A DNA stretch of 47,690 nt from Folioceros fuciformis. Taxonomy: Eukaryota. Below the pieces are notes generated by a model, which ran no database searches, was not told the DNA's origin, and saw nothing but the letters and a program-made list of their open reading frames with translations. The position numbers were made by a program, and so were the translations under genes. The number at the start of each line of letters is the position of its first letter. Position 1 is the first letter of the stretch. The stretch spans positions 1-47,690 of the forward strand of contig JBNGIO010006005.1 in assembly GCA_049999805.1 (NCBI GenBank). The letters run 5' to 3'. Below are positions 47,485 through 47,690 of this stretch, piece by piece.

Positions 47485-47690
47485 ATGGCTGCCAACGGCC
47501 ACGCCAATGGCTTCGGAGGCGATTTCACGTACGCGGAGCTGGAGCGGGAGCCGTACTGGCCCGAGGCCAAGCTTCGGATTGCCGTCACGGGAGCTGGTGG
47601 CTTCATCGCCTCGCATCTCGCTCGGAGGCTCAAGCAGGAGGGCCACTACATTGTGGCGGCGGATTGGAAGCCCAATGAGCACATGACGGA
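47485..47690 (+). CDS. GME: GDP-mannose 3',5'-epimerase, 5' part (runs off the window)
   Basis: MAANGHANGFGGDFTYAELEREPYWPEAKLRIAVTGAGGFIASHLARRLKQEGHYIVAADWKPNEHMT, with the Rossmann motif TGAGGFIA. Probable 5'UTR intron 47282-47455. Not in the ORF track because the stop lies outside the window. Confidence 0.95.
   Translation, partial: MAANGHANGFGGDFTYAELEREPYWPEAKLRIAVTGAGGFIASHLARRLKQEGHYIVAADWKPNEHMT

Overview
Nuclear DNA of a land plant with a GC-rich, compact genome and short GT-AG introns. A non-seed plant such as a bryophyte (hornwort-like) is my inference, not a proven assignment. Eight protein-coding genes were assembled by hand from splice sites and family motifs: a half-size ABCG transporter (ABCG1/2/6/16/20-like clade), a TMEM45/DUF716 membrane protein, an enlarged WPP-domain-associated (WAP-like) coiled-coil protein, riboflavin PyrR, a LATERAL SUPPRESSOR-type GRAS factor, a COG0523/CobW metallochaperone GTPase, thylakoid MPH1, and the 5' end of GDP-mannose 3',5'-epimerase (GME). 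About 16 kb upstream of the GRAS gene has no recognisable host gene, is rich in microsatellites and contains an internally deleted Ty1/copia element. An AT-richer ~4.8 kb block of transposon debris (possibly a Helitron) lies before GME. The most notable observations are (1) a ~140 aa C-terminal extension of the COG0523 GTPase that resembles the small domain of PLP-dependent aromatic amino acid decarboxylases and ends in CPCRC...HKH, and (2) an MPH1 with a ~400 aa acidic tandem-repeat tail, transcribed head-to-head with that GTPase across 267 bp. Family assignments come from recalled motifs; no searches were run.
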